In this document: positions 61,790-64,000 of the stretch, piece after piece
Numbering within the stretch: position 1 is the stretch's first letter
Layout of the letters: each line of letters begins with the position of its first letter
From: Dendrobates tinctorius
Lineage: Eukaryota
Length of the DNA: 64,000 nucleotides
Direction of reading: 5' to 3'
NCBI RefSeq assembly: GCF_039654945.1
Contig: NW_027361671.1
Span: 62,868,001 to 62,932,000, forward strand
Translations under genes and position numbers: made by a program
The notes under the pieces: model-generated
The model's input: only the letters and a program-made list of their open reading frames with translations
Databases searched by the model: none
What the model was told of the DNA's origin: nothing

Positions 61790-62704
61790 TTTAATAATTG
61801 ACTGAGCCAACTTTTTAAAATCTGACCAGTGTCTTTTTATGTAGTAATAACTCTAAAATGCTTCAACATATCCTATTGATTGAGATAATTTTTTTGTGTC
61901 ACATCATGCTTTATGGTAATGGTAAATTGAAATTGATATGTTTTGCGTTTATTTCTAAAAATATCAGAAATTTGACAAACATTTTTTTTTTAAATTGCAA
62001 TTTTCAAACTTATCCCTTTTATCCAGACAGTCATACCACACCAAAACATTAATAAATAATACTTCCTTCATGCCTGTTTTATATCAGCACCATTTGTAAA
62101 ATGTTGTTTTAGTTGATTAGCATTTTAGAAGGTTTAAAAATGTAGCAATCGTTTTTCATTTTTTCAAGGAAATTTACAAAACTTATTTTTTTTTAGGGAA
62201 CTATTAAGTTTTGAAGTGACTTTGGTGGTCCTATATATTGGAAACCCCCAAATATGATACCATTTTAAAAATTGCACCCCTTAGCATATTCAAAATTGCT
62301 TTCAACTAGTTCATTAACCCTTCAGGTGCTTTTCAGGAATTAATGCAAAGTGGCATAATAGGAATGAAAATGTTTGTTTTGACCACCTAAATTTTGATAA
62401 CTTTTGAACAGGCCGCTATACCCATGGCAAACATCAGGGCCACACGATCAAGATTTCAGGGTGCCAATGGGGTTAAAGAGAAAGCCCCCACTCTCTGTTA
62501 ACCATCTAGATGCCAAAGTCACTTTTTACAGCAGCATTTAAGGGGCTAAACTACCATAGTTAGTACCAACACCTATCATGGCTGATGCAGCAAGTTGTCA
62601 GCTATAGAGTACTGCTGACAGCTGCTGGATTGTCACCCATCGGGTGATAGTCTCTTATATCGCAGGTCAGTAAAAAGACACATTGGTGGTCACTAAGGGG
62701 TTAA
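61790..62704. mobile_element. Fragment of an AT-rich TTAA-ended non-autonomous element
   Basis: Similar to 52150-52920; ends CACTAAGGGGTTAA. Confidence 0.45.
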
Positions 62705-63272
62705 ATAAAGGTCTTATTTTATTTTCTCTGACCCTGTCTAATGTAATTTTGATGCTAAGATTACTCTATAATCAAGGGCCCAAAGTCATTACAGATGGTG
62801 GAAGGAAAGCTGCACCAGAGATCATTGTAGCGCACCCTTGGTAATTTGTATTGGGCTAAGGGCAGTGGCTCCTGCTTTACCTTCCAGGCGTTGGAATAGA
62901 TTCCTGGTTTTTGTTTGACATTTGCTTTCCACAATTGCAATAATAAAATTACTCCCAAGTATCCTGAGGTGTGAAGCCAGAACAAATACTGTTCAGATTG
63001 ATTTAACGTCCCTTACTGAAAGCGAAATCTAATGTTCCTTTTACAGAACATTAGTCTTCACTTTATAACGATGAAGAAAATGATTTCCAAATTCTTATAT
63101 ACCAATTCAAATGTGAAAATAATTACTTTAAAGCAAAAGTATTTTAAAGGGAGCTATACATCGGTGTGTTTTTTTTTTTTTTTTTTTTTTTTTTTCATGG
63201 ACCCTACTTCTACTCTATTTTTACTCCATGCTTTATACTGCAGTTCTGTATTTCTGAAACGTGTAAACCTAA

Positions 63273-63552
63273 GGGCTTGTTCACATGCTGCGTTTTTGCA
63301 ACCGTTTTGTTGCACATTTTTTCAAGGTTAAAAAACGCTGCACTTTAGAGAACCTGCAAAGGTAAGGATCTTTCTGACATTTGAACCATCAGTGTTTCTT
63401 CAACTCTGCAGCATGTCAATTCTTTTACCATTTTTTTTTGTCAGCATTTTTCACCCATTCACATAAATTGGAGGGACAAAGAACTATTTTTCCTGCTAAC
63501 CTTGTTTTTGGTGCAGAAAAATCTACTGCAAATACTCAGTGTGCACATACAC
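63273..63552. mobile_element. Degenerate Harbinger-like MITE
   Basis: TAA|GGGCTTGTTCACATG ... GTGTGCACATACAC|TAA. Confidence 0.5.
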
Positions 63553-63848
63553 TAAGTTGTCTTACAGACAATCCTTTAGACAAGAGTTACTTGGTAACTT
63601 GAAGACCATGGTATTGCATTGGGACATTGTGTAGATGTAATGGTTAATGAGGTCGTAGTGTGACCTATTATATTGTTAACAGTGCAAACAATAATTGCAC
63701 TTGTTGGATTTTTGTTTGCATGTGTCTTTGGCCCAGTAGGCTTCATCTACAGTTTGGCTATGTACATCTCTAAAATAGTGGCATGATGGTGAGTTTCTCA
63801 ATTTGCGGGGGGGGGGGGGGTAAGTGTGAAGTCGCACTGTAGCTCTAT

Positions 63849-64000
63849 GGCCATGTGCACACGATGCATTTTTCCTGCCGATCCGCAGCGGATTTTAGAT
63901 TTTACCGCGCAGAAACACTGCGGATCCGCAAAGTGATTTACAGTACAATGTAAATCAATTAAAAAAAAAAAAAGCTGTGCAGACGCTGCGTTTTATGTGC
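63849..64000. mobile_element. Harbinger-like MITE cut by the window end
   Basis: GGCCATGTGCACACG start with GCGGATCCGC motifs like the 2191 family. Confidence 0.55.

Overview
Eukaryotic, transposon-saturated DNA with no prokaryotic gene organisation. The repeat spectrum (Harbinger and TTAA MITEs, sushi-type chromoviral Gypsy, Tc1, hAT, L1, L2/V-SINE, Penelope-like) suggests a vertebrate, most likely a frog (inference). No host gene could be named. Landmarks: (1) 4078-19952, a Gypsy nest: an old, internally deleted minus-strand element A contains full-length elements B (4930-12749, decayed) and C (12934-18579, one 1330-aa Gag-Pol ORF). (2) A ~1.9-kb hairpin (two ~810-bp arms, each with a hammerhead-like motif, probably Penelope-like) sits exactly between B's 5' LTR and its primer site. 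(3) Four Gypsy elements have primer sites complementary to their own LTR (self-priming), and one LTR lineage shows 6-bp TSDs twice. (4) A decayed DD34E Tc1 with nested insertions, an intact DD36E Tc1 (29772-30992), a decayed hAT and a truncated L1 with TSD. (5) A CpG-rich, probably bidirectional promoter at ~40.2-40.8 kb lies between two mirror-oriented minisatellites (32-bp and 43-bp units). Boundaries were read by eye; family names come from motif recognition, not database searches.
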